DNA of 64,000 bases, taken from Microgenomates group bacterium ADurb.Bin219 (GTDB lineage: Bacteria > Patescibacteriota > Microgenomatia > UM-FILTER-40-11). Positions 1-10,771 of the stretch are shown in pieces; position 1 is the stretch's first letter; every line of letters begins with the position of its first letter. Both the position numbers and the translations under genes were made by a program. The stretch is taken from contig MWCH01000001.1 in assembly GCA_002069945.1 (NCBI GenBank), positions 90,923 through 154,922 on the forward strand, read 5' to 3'. The notes beneath the pieces are model-generated. The model was not told the DNA's origin, searched no databases, and was given only the letters and a program-made list of their open reading frames with translations.

Positions 1-1
1 T

Positions 2-130
2 ACTCTTGACGCCAGGAAGATATTAGGTAAAATTAAAAGGAGCAGACAATATCAAAAGAAGATGGAAGACGCTACCGCGGCGGCTGTTATGTTAGAATTA
101 TATTTAGAAAGGCAGGGTAAAAATGTTTAA
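2..130 (+). CDS. ruvX: 3' end of a Holliday-junction resolvase-like RuvX/YqgF gene (partial, runs off the window start)
   Basis: The frame-2 translation ...LDARKILGKIKRSRQYQKKMEDATAAAVMLELYLERQGKNV* resembles the RuvX C-terminus (R-K-K-R-K...AA..IL..YL). RuvX commonly sits upstream of mltG. Confidence 0.45.
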   Translation, partial: TLDARKILGKIKRSRQYQKKMEDATAAAVMLELYLERQGKNV

Positions 131-323
131 AAACATTATCGCTCCGGTCCAGGCTTGGTTACTTTCAAAAGGACAATGTGTTGGATGCGGTTCTCCTTTA
201 AAACAGGGGGAAAAAGTCAAGAGAAACGACGGCACCGAAAAAGTAACTTGCAAGTGCGGTCGGGTCTTTATTTTTGACCCCAAGAAAAATACTTACCGAC
301 GGGCTCTTTTTGAGGAAGTATAA
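123..323 (+). CDS. Small (66 aa) zinc-ribbon protein, hypothetical
   Basis: ORF with CVGCG...CKCG (two CxxC pairs). It overlaps the putative ruvX end by 8 nt. Confidence 0.35.
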   Translation: MFKNIIAPVQAWLLSKGQCVGCGSPLKQGEKVKRNDGTEKVTCKCGRVFIFDPKKNTYRRALFEEV

Positions 324-342
324 AATATTAAAATAACCTTCT

Positions 343-1419
343 TTGGAAAACAGTTACAGGGAAAGGAATTTTCCTCTTTCTTTCTCAAGATTAATAAAAA
401 TGGCAAAAAAGAAAAATTTTAGAGGACTTTTCATTTTATTGATTGTTTTAAGTTGGTTGACAACCGGATGTGTTGTTTGGTGGCTTTTGGCTCAGCAGCC
501 GGTTTGTCGATATTCTTTTGACAGGAAAGAATGCCCCGAGGTTTTATTGACAATTGGAAAAGGGGATGGGTTATCTTTAATTTCGGCAAAGCTTAAAGAA
601 AAAAAATTAATTCGCAATACTTTGGCTTTTAAGATTTTTGCCTTAGTGGGCAGATATGCGCGTCGTTTTCAAGCCGGCGATTTTTATCTTTCTCCGGCCG
701 ATTCGCTCCCGACGATCGCCCGGGCGTTAACCAAGGGAACCGCTGATAAAAAAATTACCTTGATTGAGGGATGGCGGCTTGAAGAGATCGGTGAATATTT
801 AAATAAACAGGGATTTAATTTTGATCTTAAAAAATGGCGAAGTTTAATTCTTCAGGCGAATTTGGAAGGGTCCCTCTTCCCCGATACTTATTTTGTTCCC
901 AAGGCAGCGACTCCGGAAAAAATAATTGAAATTTTGACCAAAAATTTTAATTTAAAATTTAATCAGGAATTGGAAAAAGCTGCTTTGGCAAAGGGAATGG
1001 ACAAGCAAAGCGTTTTGATTTTGGCTTCATTAATTGAGAGGGAAATCCACCGCGAGGAAGACCGGCCAATTGTAGCGGGGATTTTATTGAAAAGAATTAC
1101 TTCCGGTTGGCCGCTTCAAGTTGATGCCACGGTTCAATATGTGGTTTCAAGCGTTCGTTGTAAATTGGGAGCCGGTTGCGATTGGTGGCCCAAAAGAATC
1201 AGTCAATCAGATTTGAAAATTATTTCGCCCTTCAATACTTATTTAAACAAAGGATTGCCCCCGGCGCCGATTTGTAATCCGGGGCTTTCTGCGATCAGGG
1301 CGGTTATCTATTCTCGGGAGTCGCCATTTTGGTATTATCTTTCGGACGAAAAAGGAGAAACACATTTTGCCAAGACAAATGAAGAACATTCCCAAAACAT
1401 TCGTCAGTATCTTCAATAA
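343..1419 (+). CDS. mltG: MltG/YceG-family endolytic murein transglycosylase (paralog 1). An alternative start at 400 (MAKKK...) is possible.
   Basis: N-terminal transmembrane anchor, the YceG signature ...DATVQYV..., and Pro/Gly-rich C-terminal motifs shared with the second copy at 33347. Confidence 0.75.
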   Translation: MENSYRERNFPLSFSRLIKMAKKKNFRGLFILLIVLSWLTTGCVVWWLLAQQPVCRYSFDRKECPEVLLTIGKGDGLSLISAKLKEKKLIRNTLAFKIFALVGRYARRFQAGDFYLSPADSLPTIARALTKGTADKKITLIEGWRLEEIGEYLNKQGFNFDLKKWRSLILQANLEGSLFPDTYFVPKAATPEKIIEILTKNFNLKFNQELEKAALAKGMDKQSVLILASLIEREIHREEDRPIVAGILLKRITSGWPLQVDATVQYVVSSVRCKLGAGCDWWPKRISQSDLKIISPFNTYLNKGLPPAPICNPGLSAIRAVIYSRESPFWYYLSDEKGETHFAKTNEEHSQNIRQYLQ

Positions 1420-1448
1420 TTGGTTTACAAAGGTAGCGAAAGTCCCCC

Positions 1449-1477
1449 TTGACAAGGAGTGGTATTTCTCTTAGAAT
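1449..1477 (+). promoter_or_regulatory. Sigma70-like promoter for rpoBC (TTGACA-17-TAGAAT)
   Basis: TTGACA at 1449-1454 and TAGAAT at 1472-1477 with a 17-nt spacer. A weak hairpin plus U-run in the leader at 1507-1530 (ACGGGC-GUUUU-GUCCGU-UUCUUUU) could act as an attenuator. Confidence 0.5.
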
Positions 1478-1572
1478 CTTCCCATCTTAGATTGAATAAA
1501 ACGAAAACGGGCGTTTTGTCCGTTTCTTTTGCGTTCGCCAAAAGAAAAAAATAAGGCGGACATTTTTTTGTC

Positions 1573-4500
1573 TTGAAAATGAAATTGCAACAAGCGAGAA
1601 CATTTTGGGGAAATGCAAAAATCAAACTTCCTTTAGTTGATTTATTGGCCGTTCAAAAACGTTCTTGGCAAAACTTTTTAAAAGAAGGCATTTGGGAGTC
1701 GATTCAAGAAATTAATCCGGTTGAAGATTTTACGGGAAAAAATTGGGAGCTCCAGTTTTTATCCTTTTCTTTTGATCAAGTTTCCCGTACTCCAGCCGAG
1801 GCGAAGAAAAAAGGTTTAAATTATGACGCTCCGTTAAAAGCAAAAGTCAAACTGATTAATAAGCAAAACGGAAAAGAGGTAATTCAGGAAGTTTTTTTGG
1901 GAGACGTGCCCCAGATGACTTCGGAAGGAACTTTCATCATTAATGGAGTTGAAAGATGTGTTGTCAATCAAATCATCCGTTCTCCGGGTGTTTTCTTTAC
2001 GGGTGAAGTTGATCCCGCTACCGGGAAAACTTTTTACAACGCGGAAATCCGGCCTGTTCACGGAACCTGGCTTGAGTTTTTGGTTTCCCGTAATGGAGTA
2101 GTTTCAGCCCGGGTCGACCGGCGGAGGAAATTTGCCGCCACGACTATTTTAAGAGCCATGGGCCTTTCAACCGATGAAGAAATTATAGAAGCTTTTTCCT
2201 GGAATTCAAGCAAAGAAAACAATCCCCAGAATGAAGAATTTTCATTTCTTCAAAAAACTCTTGATCACGATTCGGCCAAAACAACCGAAGAAGCAATTAT
2301 TGAAATTTATCGGAAGATGAGACCGGGCGAACCGGCAATTTTGGCCAACGCCCAGAGTTTCTTTAACGATTTGTTTTTCAACCCACGACGCTATAACCTA
2401 GGAAAGGTTGGCCGCTATAAGGTCAATAAAAGGTTAAAAATAGAAGTTCCCAATATTGAAAAAAATTATGTTTTAACCACCAAGGATGTGGTTGAAACCA
2501 TAAAATATTTGATTTCTTTACAGACTGGCAAGGGAGAGACTGACGATATTGACCATTTGGCGAACCGAAGGATTCGTTGCGTCGGTGAACAAGTGGCCCA
2601 GAGCGCTTTCCGGATCGGCCTTTTAAGATTGGAAAGAATGATTAAAGAAAGAATGAGTTTAATTTCAGCCGACGAAAAAGTTTTACCGACAACTTTAATC
2701 AATGCCCGTCCTTTGATTTCGGCTATTAATGAATTCTTCCGGTCAAATCAACTTTCAACAATTCTTGATCAAACCAATCCCTTGTCCGAATTGGACAACT
2801 TAAGACGACTTTCGGTTACGGGCCAGGGCGGGATTACCAGAGAAAGAGCTTCTTTCTCCATCAGGGACATTGACTCGTCTCAATATAGCCGAATTTGCCC
2901 TGTCCGTTCCCCGGAAGGTCCGAATATCGGACTGGTTACTTATCTTGCTCTTTTTGCCAATGTTAACGATTACGGATTTTTGGAAGCTCCTTACCGGAAA
3001 ATTATAAAGGAAAAATCAGGAGCCGCGATAAAGATGAAAGTTACCGACGAAATTGTTTATCTCCAGGCGGATGACGAAAAGGAATATTACATTACACACG
3101 CAAAAGTTAATGTCGACGAAAAAGGTTATATTACCGACAAATGGGTTCCTGTTCGTTATCAGGGGGGATTTACGGAAACCAGTGTCGAAAAAGTTTCTTT
3201 TATGGATGTTGCTCCGTCACAGGTTGTTGGCATGTCTGCATCTTTAATTCCCTTTTTGGCTAATGACGAGGCGAATCGAGCCTTAATGGGCACTCACATG
3301 CAGTGCCAAGCGGTTCCGCTTTTGGCTCCGGAAGCGCCAATGGTAGGAACAGGGATGGAAGCGGTTGTAACCCAGACAACAAAGAAAATCGTTAGAGCAA
3401 GACATTCGGGGAAAATAGTTTATGCGGACGCGAGAAAAGTTGTTTTAAGGGTTAGCGGTAAAGTTAAAAAAGATTTACCGGAAGAGGAAAATATTGAAAT
3501 TGAAGGCAATTTGGAAACTTATTACTTGGATAAGTTTTCTCGGACTAACCCCTACGGAACCTGTTATTCTCAGCGGTTGGTGGTAGAGACCGGAGAAGAA
3601 GTTAAGGAAGGCGATCTCTTGATTGACGGCCCGGCTTCGGAAAAAGGCGAATTGGCCTTGGGAAGAAACTTGGTAATCGCTTACTGCTCTTTTGAGGGTT
3701 TGGGTTTTGAAGATGCGATTATTATTTCTCAAAGATTGGTGAAAGAAGACGTTTTCACCTCAATTTCTATTGAAGAATACGAAACTCAGGTAGTTGATAC
3801 CAAGCTCGGTCCCGAAGAGTTAACTCGCGATATTCCCAATGTGAGCGAACAGGATTTGGCTAATTTGGGCGAAGACGGCATTGTTGTTATCGGAGCGGAA
3901 GTTCAGCAAAATGATATCCTGGTCGGAAAAATTGCTCCAAAAGGGGAAACGGAACTTTCGGCCGAAGAAAGGTTGTTGCGAGCGATTTTTGGTGAAAAGG
4001 CTAGAGAAGTTCGGGATACCAGTTTAAGGATGCCTCACGGCGAAAGAGGAACCGTTATTGACATTCAGATTCTTGATCGGGAAAAAGGAGACGAACTGGA
4101 ACCGGGAGTAAACATGACGATTAAGGTTAAGGTTGCCCAGATAAGAAAAATTACCGAAGGAGATAAATTGGCCGGAAGACACGGAAACAAAGGGGTTATT
4201 TCCAAAATTGTTCCCGTTTACGACATGCCTCATTTAGAAGACGGTACCCCGGTTGATATTATTATTTCCCCTCTTTCGGCCTTGGCCAGAATGAATTTGG
4301 GTCAGCTTTTGGAAGCTCATCTTGGCTGGCTTTGTAAAAAGGAAAATCTTAAGGTTTCGGTTCCGGTTTTTGAGAAAACCAATGAAGATTTGATTTGGCA
4401 GGAATTTGAAAAAATGGGTTTCCCCAGTGACGGCAAGGTTACTCTTTATGATGGCCGGACAGGAGAACCCTTTGACCAAAAAGTGACTGTCGGCGTTGCT

Positions 4501-4989
4501 TATATCATGAAACTAATTCATATGGTTGAAGATAAAACCCATGCGCGGTCTACCGGTCCATACTCTCTGATCACTCAACAACCTTTGGGCGGGAAAGCCC
4601 AAATGGGAGGTCAAAGATTGGGAGAAATGGAAGTTTGGGCCCTGGAAGCCCATCGGGCGGCTCATGTTTTGCAGGAAATGTTAACGATCAAAAGCGATGA
4701 TGTTGTCGGTCGGGCAAAAGCGTTTGAAGCAATCGTCAAAGGAGCCGATATTCCCCAGGCTTCGGTTCCGGAGTCTTTCAATGTTTTAGTAAATGAGTTA
4801 AAGGCTTTGGGTTTAAATATCGTTCCCCGGGGAGTGGTGGAAAAGAAAGTTCCCGAAGAAGGAGAAATTAACGAAGTCGATCAAAAAGAAGCCGAAGAAT
4901 TAGCCCAGGCTTCCGGAGCGGCCGTTATTAATGATTCCGGAGCGGTTTTAACCGAAGATTCAGGTAAAAATTTATCTGAGGAAAGTTAA
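1573..4989 (+). CDS. rpoB: DNA-directed RNA polymerase beta subunit
   Basis: 1138-aa ORF with canonical beta-subunit motifs ([30 protein letters not shown]-like). Confidence 0.97.
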   Translation: MKMKLQQARTFWGNAKIKLPLVDLLAVQKRSWQNFLKEGIWESIQEINPVEDFTGKNWELQFLSFSFDQVSRTPAEAKKKGLNYDAPLKAKVKLINKQNGKEVIQEVFLGDVPQMTSEGTFIINGVERCVVNQIIRSPGVFFTGEVDPATGKTFYNAEIRPVHGTWLEFLVSRNGVVSARVDRRRKFAATTILRAMGLSTDEEIIEAFSWNSSKENNPQNEEFSFLQKTLDHDSAKTTEEAIIEIYRKMRPGEPAILANAQSFFNDLFFNPRRYNLGKVGRYKVNKRLKIEVPNIEKNYVLTTKDVVETIKYLISLQTGKGETDDIDHLANRRIRCVGEQVAQSAFRIGLLRLERMIKERMSLISADEKVLPTTLINARPLISAINEFFRSNQLSTILDQTNPLSELDNLRRLSVTGQGGITRERASFSIRDIDSSQYSRICPVRSPEGPNIGLVTYLALFANVNDYGFLEAPYRKIIKEKSGAAIKMKVTDEIVYLQADDEKEYYITHAKVNVDEKGYITDKWVPVRYQGGFTETSVEKVSFMDVAPSQVVGMSASLIPFLANDEANRALMGTHMQCQAVPLLAPEAPMVGTGMEAVVTQTTKKIVRARHSGKIVYADARKVVLRVSGKVKKDLPEEENIEIEGNLETYYLDKFSRTNPYGTCYSQRLVVETGEEVKEGDLLIDGPASEKGELALGRNLVIAYCSFEGLGFEDAIIISQRLVKEDVFTSISIEEYETQVVDTKLGPEELTRDIPNVSEQDLANLGEDGIVVIGAEVQQNDILVGKIAPKGETELSAEERLLRAIFGEKAREVRDTSLRMPHGERGTVIDIQILDREKGDELEPGVNMTIKVKVAQIRKITEGDKLAGRHGNKGVISKIVPVYDMPHLEDGTPVDIIISPLSALARMNLGQLLEAHLGWLCKKENLKVSVPVFEKTNEDLIWQEFEKMGFPSDGKVTLYDGRTGEPFDQKVTVGVAYIMKLIHMVEDKTHARSTGPYSLITQQPLGGKAQMGGQRLGEMEVWALEAHRAAHVLQEMLTIKSDDVVGRAKAFEAIVKGADIPQASVPESFNVLVNELKALGLNIVPRGVVEKKVPEEGEINEVDQKEAEELAQASGAAVINDSGAVLTEDSGKNLSEES

Positions 4990-5000
4990 ATTTTAAAAAT

Positions 5001-8000
5001 ATGATGAAAGGTATTGTCGATTTCAAATCTCTACAAATTAAATTAGCCTCGCCCGAGGAAATTAAAGGCTGGTCTCACGGAGAAGTGACCAAGCCTGAAA
5101 CGATAAATTACCGGACCTTGAAGCCGGAAAAAGACGGTCTTTTTTGCGAAAAGATCTTCGGTCCGACAAAGGATTGGGAGTGTTATTGCGGAAAATACAA
5201 GAGAATCCGTTATCGGGGTATCGTTTGCGATAAGTGTGGCGTTGAAGTAACTCTTTCGCGGGTAAGAAGAGAAAGAATGGGCCATATCAATTTAGCCTGT
5301 CCGGTCGCTCATGTTTGGTATTTTCGAGGAGCCCCTTCAAAAATTTCTTTACTTTTGGATATTGCTCCCAAAAGCCTGGAAGGAGTCATTTATTTTGCTC
5401 AATATATTGTTACGGAAGTTAATGAGGAAGAAAGAAAAGAAGCGGTAGACAAAATAAATCAGTATCTGGAGGAAAAATTGATTGATTTAGAGAAGGAAAC
5501 GGAAAAAAGATTAAAAGAGGCCGAAGACACCAACGGAGACAAGATAAAAGAGATGAAAAAGAGAGTCAAAAATCCGGAGCAAGTTGCCTTGGCCACCGAA
5601 GAGCTAAATCTTTCTTTAAGACAAAAAATTCAGCAGATCAAGGAAGAAAAAGCCGAAGAAGAAGAAGATATTAAAAGAGGTTTTTCTCTTTTGGTTGATA
5701 AAGCCAGGGGATTAAGAATGATGTCTATTATCTCTGAAGACGACCTTTTCCGCCTGAGAGAGGCTAAGGCTGATCATTTTATCAAAGTTGGTATGGGAGC
5801 GGAAAGTTTACTGGAGATTATCAAGAAGATTAATCTTAAGAAAATGGAAGAAGAATTGAAAGAACAGGTTTTGAAAACTTCAGGACAAAAACACGCCAAA
5901 GCTTCCAAGAGATTAAGGATCGTTGAAAAAATGGTTAAAGCCGGGATTAATCCTTCATGGATGATTCTGACTGCTTTGCCGGTAATTCCTCCTGATTTGC
6001 GGCCGATGGTTCAGCTGATCGGAGGTCGTTTCGCTTCAAGCGATTTGAACGATCTTTTGCGTCGGGTGATTAACCGGAACAACCGGCTTAAACACTTGGT
6101 TGATTTGGGAGCGCCGGAAATTATTTTGAGAAACGAGAAAAGAATGCTTCAGGAAGCGGTTGATGCTCTCATTGATTCGGCTAAGGCGGTCAGAGAAAAA
6201 AGAAGAGTAAAGAAAATCAAAATGAGATCGCTTTCGGATATGTTGAGGGGTAAACAAGGACGATTTAGGCAAAATCTTTTAGGGAAAAGGGTTGATTATT
6301 CGGGCAGGTCGGTTATTGTTGTTGGTCCGGAATTGAGATTGAATCAATGCGGCCTTCCCAAGGAAATGGCTCTAGAAATGTTTAAGCCTTTTGTTTTAAG
6401 GGAGATGATTCTTAAGGGAGTTGCTCCGAATGTTCGCAGTGCTCGCAATATGTTGGAAAGAAGGCCGCCGGAAATTTTTGATATTTTGGAAGAAATTACC
6501 AAAAATCACCCAGTGATGCTTAACCGGGCGCCGACTCTTCATAAGTTGGGAATATTGTCTTTTTATCCGATTTTGATTGAAGGAAACGCTATCCGGATTC
6601 ATCCTTGCGTCTGCTCTGGATTTAATGCTGATTTTGACGGAGACCAGATGGCGGTTCACGTTCCTCTTTCTTCGGCTTCGCGGGAAGAAGCGTGTCGCTT
6701 GATGCTTCCGAATAAGAATTTGTTAAGGCCGTCCGACGGCTCTCCGATTACGGTTCCGGCGACAAAAGAGATGTCCTTGGGAATTTATTATTTGACTTCA
6801 ACCCCCTTAAATTTACCGGAAAGCAAGATTATTTGCGCCGATTTTAGCGAAGCCATTTTTGCTTACCAAAGCGGAAAAATCCAACTGAGGCAAAAAATTA
6901 AAGTTCATTACCACGATTCTTTATTGGAAACCACAGTCGGAAGAATCTTTTTCAACGAAGTAATTCCCGAATCTTTGAGATTTATTAACGAACCGGTAAA
7001 ACAAAGCACGGTTAAACAGCTTTTTGAGAAGGCCTTCAAGACTTGCAGCGAAGAAGAATTGATGAAGATGGTTGACAGCTTGAAAGATTTGGGCTTTTGG
7101 TCCGGAACTATTTCCGGAGTTTCCCTTTCGGTTAAAGATTGTGAGCTTTTGCCGGAAAAACAGGCGATCATTGAGGATTCAAACCGAAAAGTGGCGGAAA
7201 TTGAAGAAAATTTCAAGCAAGGGTTAATTACCCAGGAAGAAAAAAAGAGGCTTTCTCAAGAAGTTTGGCTGGAAACAACGGAAGATTTAGCGGAAAAAAC
7301 CTGGGAAAAGTTTCATGAAGGCAATCCAATAAAGATCGTTATTGAGGCGGGAGTCGGCCGGATTTCCAAAGATACTTTAAAACAAATTTCGGCAATCAGA
7401 GGCTTGGTGGTTGATCCTTTGGGCAAGGTCGTAGATTTGCCGACTAAATCCAACTTTAGAGAAGGGCTTTCGGTTTTTGAGTATGTTACTACCACCAGGG
7501 GTTCAAGAAAAGGCTTAACCGATATGGCCTTAAAAACAGCGGATGCCGGTTATTTGACCCGGAAACTGGTTGATGTTGCCCATGATGCGATTATTCACGA
7601 AGAAGATTGTTTGACCAAAGAAGGGATTGAGATTATTAAATCCGGTCCCAGGGAAAAAGCTTTCTTAAAAAGAATTTTGGGTCGGATTTTGGCAAAAGAT
7701 TTGACAGATCCGAAGACCAAAAAAATAATTTTCAAGAAAGGTGAAGAAATTGACGAGAAAAAGTTAAAGACGATTGAAGAAAGCGCTGCTGTCTCCGTTT
7801 GGGTCAGATCTCCCTTAACCTGCGCGTCAAAGTTTGGTTTTTGCGCTGCCTGTTACGGATGGGATTTTTCTACCCGGAAAATGGTGGAAATCGGGACTCC
7901 GGTTGGGGTTATTACCGCTCAATCAATCGGCGAGCCGGGAACACAATTAACCTTAAAATCAAAACATACGGCCGGAGTTGTCGGTTTGGATGTAACTCAG

Positions 8001-8726
8001 GGCTTGCCGAGGGTAACTGAGCTTTTTGAGGTAAGAATTCCTAAAGTTCTTTCTCCCCTGGCGGAGATTTCCGGTAAGGTAGAAATTCACCCGGAAAATT
8101 TTGGCAATCGGGTGGTTGTTCGGGAACAGAAGAAAAGCGGAGAAGTTCGGGAATATTTGGTGCCGTTAACAAGCTCTCTAAAAGTTAGCGAAGGAGAGGA
8201 AATTTTGGCGGGCACCCAGATTGCCTCCGGATCTTTGGATATTAAAGAGATTTTGCAAATAAAAGGTTTAAGGGAGGCCCAGATTTATTTGGTTGACGAA
8301 ATTCAAAAAGTCTACGAATCCCAGGGTATTCCGATTAACGATCGTTATTTTGAGGTTATTGTCAGGAAAATGAGCGAAAAGGTCAGAATTAAAAATCAGG
8401 GAGCGACTTCAATTTTACCGGGAGAAATTGTGGAAGAAAAAGTCTTTGAAGAGGAAAATTCCAAAATCAAAGATCCCGAGCAAAAGGCGACGGCACAGAA
8501 AATAATTTTAGGAATTACCCAGGCGGCTTTGAAAACCGAATCCTGGCTTTCCGCCGCTTCTTTTCAGGAAACAACCAGTGTCTTGTCCGATTCTGCCCTG
8601 GAAGGTAAAGAAGACGCGCTCCGGGGACTTAAAGAAAACGTTATTATCGGGAGACTGATTCCGGTCAGTTTGGAAGCGGCTAGAGAACTGACGAAAGATG
8701 TGGTAAAATCAGAGCCGGAAAAATAA
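5001..8726 (+). CDS. rpoC: DNA-directed RNA polymerase beta' subunit
   Basis: 1241-aa ORF with the Zn finger [23 protein letters not shown] and the [16 protein letters not shown] catalytic loop. Confidence 0.97.
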   Translation: MMKGIVDFKSLQIKLASPEEIKGWSHGEVTKPETINYRTLKPEKDGLFCEKIFGPTKDWECYCGKYKRIRYRGIVCDKCGVEVTLSRVRRERMGHINLACPVAHVWYFRGAPSKISLLLDIAPKSLEGVIYFAQYIVTEVNEEERKEAVDKINQYLEEKLIDLEKETEKRLKEAEDTNGDKIKEMKKRVKNPEQVALATEELNLSLRQKIQQIKEEKAEEEEDIKRGFSLLVDKARGLRMMSIISEDDLFRLREAKADHFIKVGMGAESLLEIIKKINLKKMEEELKEQVLKTSGQKHAKASKRLRIVEKMVKAGINPSWMILTALPVIPPDLRPMVQLIGGRFASSDLNDLLRRVINRNNRLKHLVDLGAPEIILRNEKRMLQEAVDALIDSAKAVREKRRVKKIKMRSLSDMLRGKQGRFRQNLLGKRVDYSGRSVIVVGPELRLNQCGLPKEMALEMFKPFVLREMILKGVAPNVRSARNMLERRPPEIFDILEEITKNHPVMLNRAPTLHKLGILSFYPILIEGNAIRIHPCVCSGFNADFDGDQMAVHVPLSSASREEACRLMLPNKNLLRPSDGSPITVPATKEMSLGIYYLTSTPLNLPESKIICADFSEAIFAYQSGKIQLRQKIKVHYHDSLLETTVGRIFFNEVIPESLRFINEPVKQSTVKQLFEKAFKTCSEEELMKMVDSLKDLGFWSGTISGVSLSVKDCELLPEKQAIIEDSNRKVAEIEENFKQGLITQEEKKRLSQEVWLETTEDLAEKTWEKFHEGNPIKIVIEAGVGRISKDTLKQISAIRGLVVDPLGKVVDLPTKSNFREGLSVFEYVTTTRGSRKGLTDMALKTADAGYLTRKLVDVAHDAIIHEEDCLTKEGIEIIKSGPREKAFLKRILGRILAKDLTDPKTKKIIFKKGEEIDEKKLKTIEESAAVSVWVRSPLTCASKFGFCAACYGWDFSTRKMVEIGTPVGVITAQSIGEPGTQLTLKSKHTAGVVGLDVTQGLPRVTELFEVRIPKVLSPLAEISGKVEIHPENFGNRVVVREQKKSGEVREYLVPLTSSLKVSEGEEILAGTQIASGSLDIKEILQIKGLREAQIYLVDEIQKVYESQGIPINDRYFEVIVRKMSEKVRIKNQGATSILPGEIVEEKVFEEENSKIKDPEQKATAQKIILGITQAALKTESWLSAASFQETTSVLSDSALEGKEDALRGLKENVIIGRLIPVSLEAARELTKDVVKSEPEK

Positions 8727-8734
8727 TTAAAACT

Positions 8735-9193
8735 ATGCCTACAATTTCACAATTAGTCAGAAAAGGACGCAAAAAAATTGTCAAAAAAATTAAGGCGACC
8801 GCCTTAAGAAAATCTTACAATTCCCGGAAAAGGGTTTTGGTGAATTCGGTCAGTCCCCAAAAAAGAGGGGTAGTTACTTTAGTGAAAACAATTACTCCCA
8901 AAAAGCCAAATTCCGGTTTAAGAAAAGTGGCCAAGGTCAGATTATCAAACAAGCAGGAAATTACCGCTTATATTCCCGGAATCGGCCACGAATTGGCGGA
9001 GCATTCTATCGTGATGGTTCGGGCCGGTCGGGTTAAGGATTTGGTTGGGATTAAATACCATGTTGTTAGGGGAAAATATGATACTACCGGGGTTGTCGGG
9101 CGGAAAAAAGGTCGATCAAAATACGGAACCAAGATTAGTGGAGGAGGCGCTTCGGGAAGGGCCAGCCAAACGGCCGCTTCGGCGACGACTTAA
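8735..9193 (+). CDS. rpsL: 30S ribosomal protein S12, with N-terminal insertion and Gly/Ser/Ala-rich C-terminal extension
   Basis: [11 protein letters not shown]...VRGKYDT core; 152 aa versus about 124 typical. Confidence 0.95.
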   Translation: MPTISQLVRKGRKKIVKKIKATALRKSYNSRKRVLVNSVSPQKRGVVTLVKTITPKKPNSGLRKVAKVRLSNKQEITAYIPGIGHELAEHSIVMVRAGRVKDLVGIKYHVVRGKYDTTGVVGRKKGRSKYGTKISGGGASGRASQTAASATT

Positions 9194-9202
9194 TAAACAA
9201 CT

Positions 9203-9682
9203 ATGCCAAGATCGGGAGCAATTAAAAAAAGAGAAGTCCTTGAAGACTCTGTTTATAAAAGTAAACTGATCAGTAAATTAATTAACCGAACGATGCGCTC
9301 CGGGAAAAAACAGGTGGCGGAAAAACAAATTTACCGTGCTTTTGATTTGGTTAAAGAAAAAAGCAAGAGTGATCCGCTGGTTGTTTTTAACAAGGCGATG
9401 GATAATATCCGGCCCTTGATGGAGGTTAGACCGAGACGAATCGGCGGCGCCGCTTATCAGGTGCCGATGCCGGTAAGGGGTGATCGCCGAGATTCTTTGG
9501 CCATTCGTTGGTTGATTACGGCCACTTTAGCCAGGCCGAGCCGGGAATACCATACTTTTGCCGAAAAACTGGCCGCCGAGTTGATTGATGCTTCCAACGG
9601 TCTTGGTGGCGCAGTTAAAAGAAGAGAAGATACCCACAAGATGGCCGAAGCAAACAAAGCTTTCTCGCACTTCCGCTGGTAA
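9203..9682 (+). CDS. rpsG: 30S ribosomal protein S7
   Basis: S7 motifs (GKKQVAEKQIY, RRIGGAAYQVP). Confidence 0.95.
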   Translation: MPRSGAIKKREVLEDSVYKSKLISKLINRTMRSGKKQVAEKQIYRAFDLVKEKSKSDPLVVFNKAMDNIRPLMEVRPRRIGGAAYQVPMPVRGDRRDSLAIRWLITATLARPSREYHTFAEKLAAELIDASNGLGGAVKRREDTHKMAEANKAFSHFRW

Positions 9683-9792
9683 AGAAAAAGATTTCTTTCC
9701 GAATATTCCATTAGGATATCCCTTCTTGTTTTTTTTTAAAAAATATTGCATGATAATTTTGCTTAGAAAAATAAATAAGGAGGTGATTTTTA

Positions 9793-10092
9793 ATGAAAGG
9801 TTTTATGGAATTTATCAGAGAACAGGGAGTTGTCGGTTTGGCGGTCGGTTTTATTTTGGGCGGAGCGATTTCAAAATTGGTGGCGGCAATTGTTTCCGAT
9901 TTGATTAATCCTTTTCTGGGTTTGATTTTAGGTGTGGCCAAGGGTTTAGATACGGCTTCTTTATCCTTGGGTCCGTCCAAAATTCTTTATGGTCACTTTG
10001 TCACCACCTTAATTGATTTCTTGGTGGTGGCTCTGGTTGTCTATTATGGAATAAAATTACTTAAGCTGGACAAATTGGATAAGAAAAAGTAA
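9793..10092 (+). CDS. mscL: Large-conductance mechanosensitive channel MscL (99 aa)
   Basis: FMEFIREQGVVGLAVGFILGGAISKLVAAIVSDLINPFLGLILG aligns with the MscL TM1 consensus. A perfect SD, AAGGAGGTGA at 9777-9786, lies 7 nt upstream. Confidence 0.8.
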   Translation: MKGFMEFIREQGVVGLAVGFILGGAISKLVAAIVSDLINPFLGLILGVAKGLDTASLSLGPSKILYGHFVTTLIDFLVVALVVYYGIKLLKLDKLDKKK

Positions 10093-10095
10093 CCG

Positions 10096-10281
10096 ATGAA
10101 ACAAATAGCAAAAAAAAGATTATTATTTTTGATTGGTATTTTAATTGTTTTTGTAATATTGTTATCTTTAAGATTTCTTTTGGCTGGTCCGGAAGATAGT
10201 TGGGTTTGCAACGGGAGCGAATGGGTAAAACACGGCAATCCTTCAACGCCCAAACCAATAGGCGGCTGCGGAAGCCGGTAA
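10096..10281 (+). CDS. Small membrane-anchored protein (61 aa), hypothetical
   Basis: N-terminal transmembrane helix and a short Cys-containing tail. No recognisable family. Confidence 0.3.
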   Translation: MKQIAKKRLLFLIGILIVFVILLSLRFLLAGPEDSWVCNGSEWVKHGNPSTPKPIGGCGSR

Positions 10282-10339
10282 AAGTTCACGGCAAAAGACA
10301 AGAAAGAATTTTAGAAATAAGTTTTTAAACCGAAAAATT

Positions 10340-10603
10340 ATGAAAATTAACGAAATAATGAATCAAAACCTATTTTTTGCAGTTTTTCTTTTTTGGAGTT
10401 TTTTTTGGAAAACTTGGGCTTTATGGAAGGCGGCCGGAAAAAAACATTTGGTTTGGTTTATCCTTTTGATGGTTATTAATACTTTTGGATTGTTGGAAAT
10501 TGCTTATATTTTTTACCTTAACCGTTGGGATATTGATAAAGGTCGGTTATTGAAAATTCTTCAAAAAAGGTTTTCCAAAGAAAAAAAAGGTCACCATCAA
10601 TAA
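10340..10603 (+). CDS. Small two-transmembrane protein (87 aa), possibly a PLD-nuclease N-terminal-like (PLDc_N) domain
   Basis: The pattern W..W.AAGKK..W.ILL....G..EIAY..Y..R resembles the short PLDc_N membrane domain. Confidence 0.35.
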   Translation: MKINEIMNQNLFFAVFLFWSFFWKTWALWKAAGKKHLVWFILLMVINTFGLLEIAYIFYLNRWDIDKGRLLKILQKRFSKEKKGHHQ

Positions 10604-10608
10604 ACCAG

Positions 10609-10638
10609 TTGATTTTATCTCCGGAAATTTGATAGAAT
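10609..10638 (+). promoter_or_regulatory. Sigma70-like promoter for fusA-tuf (TTGATT-18-TAGAAT)
   Basis: TTGATT at 10609-10614 and TAGAAT at 10633-10638. It is followed by a leader of about 125 nt with alternative pairings (10660-10752). Confidence 0.45.
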
Positions 10639-10771
10639 ACTTAAGGTTGAAGTAAAACTGCTTTCCCCTCGTTTCCTTCGCTGAGAATAAAGCTAGGGGT
10701 AAGGCCCCTTCCAGTCAGTATCTTTCCGGCGAAGAGAGAAAGCGGTTTTTTTATTACCAAAAAAATAAAAC

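Noticed and set aside
10700-10752. Intrinsic terminator in the fusA leader (U7 tract at 10746-10752)
   Set aside because: The preceding sequence forms only a 3-bp CCG/CGG stem. More likely it is part of a larger leader structure than a terminator.
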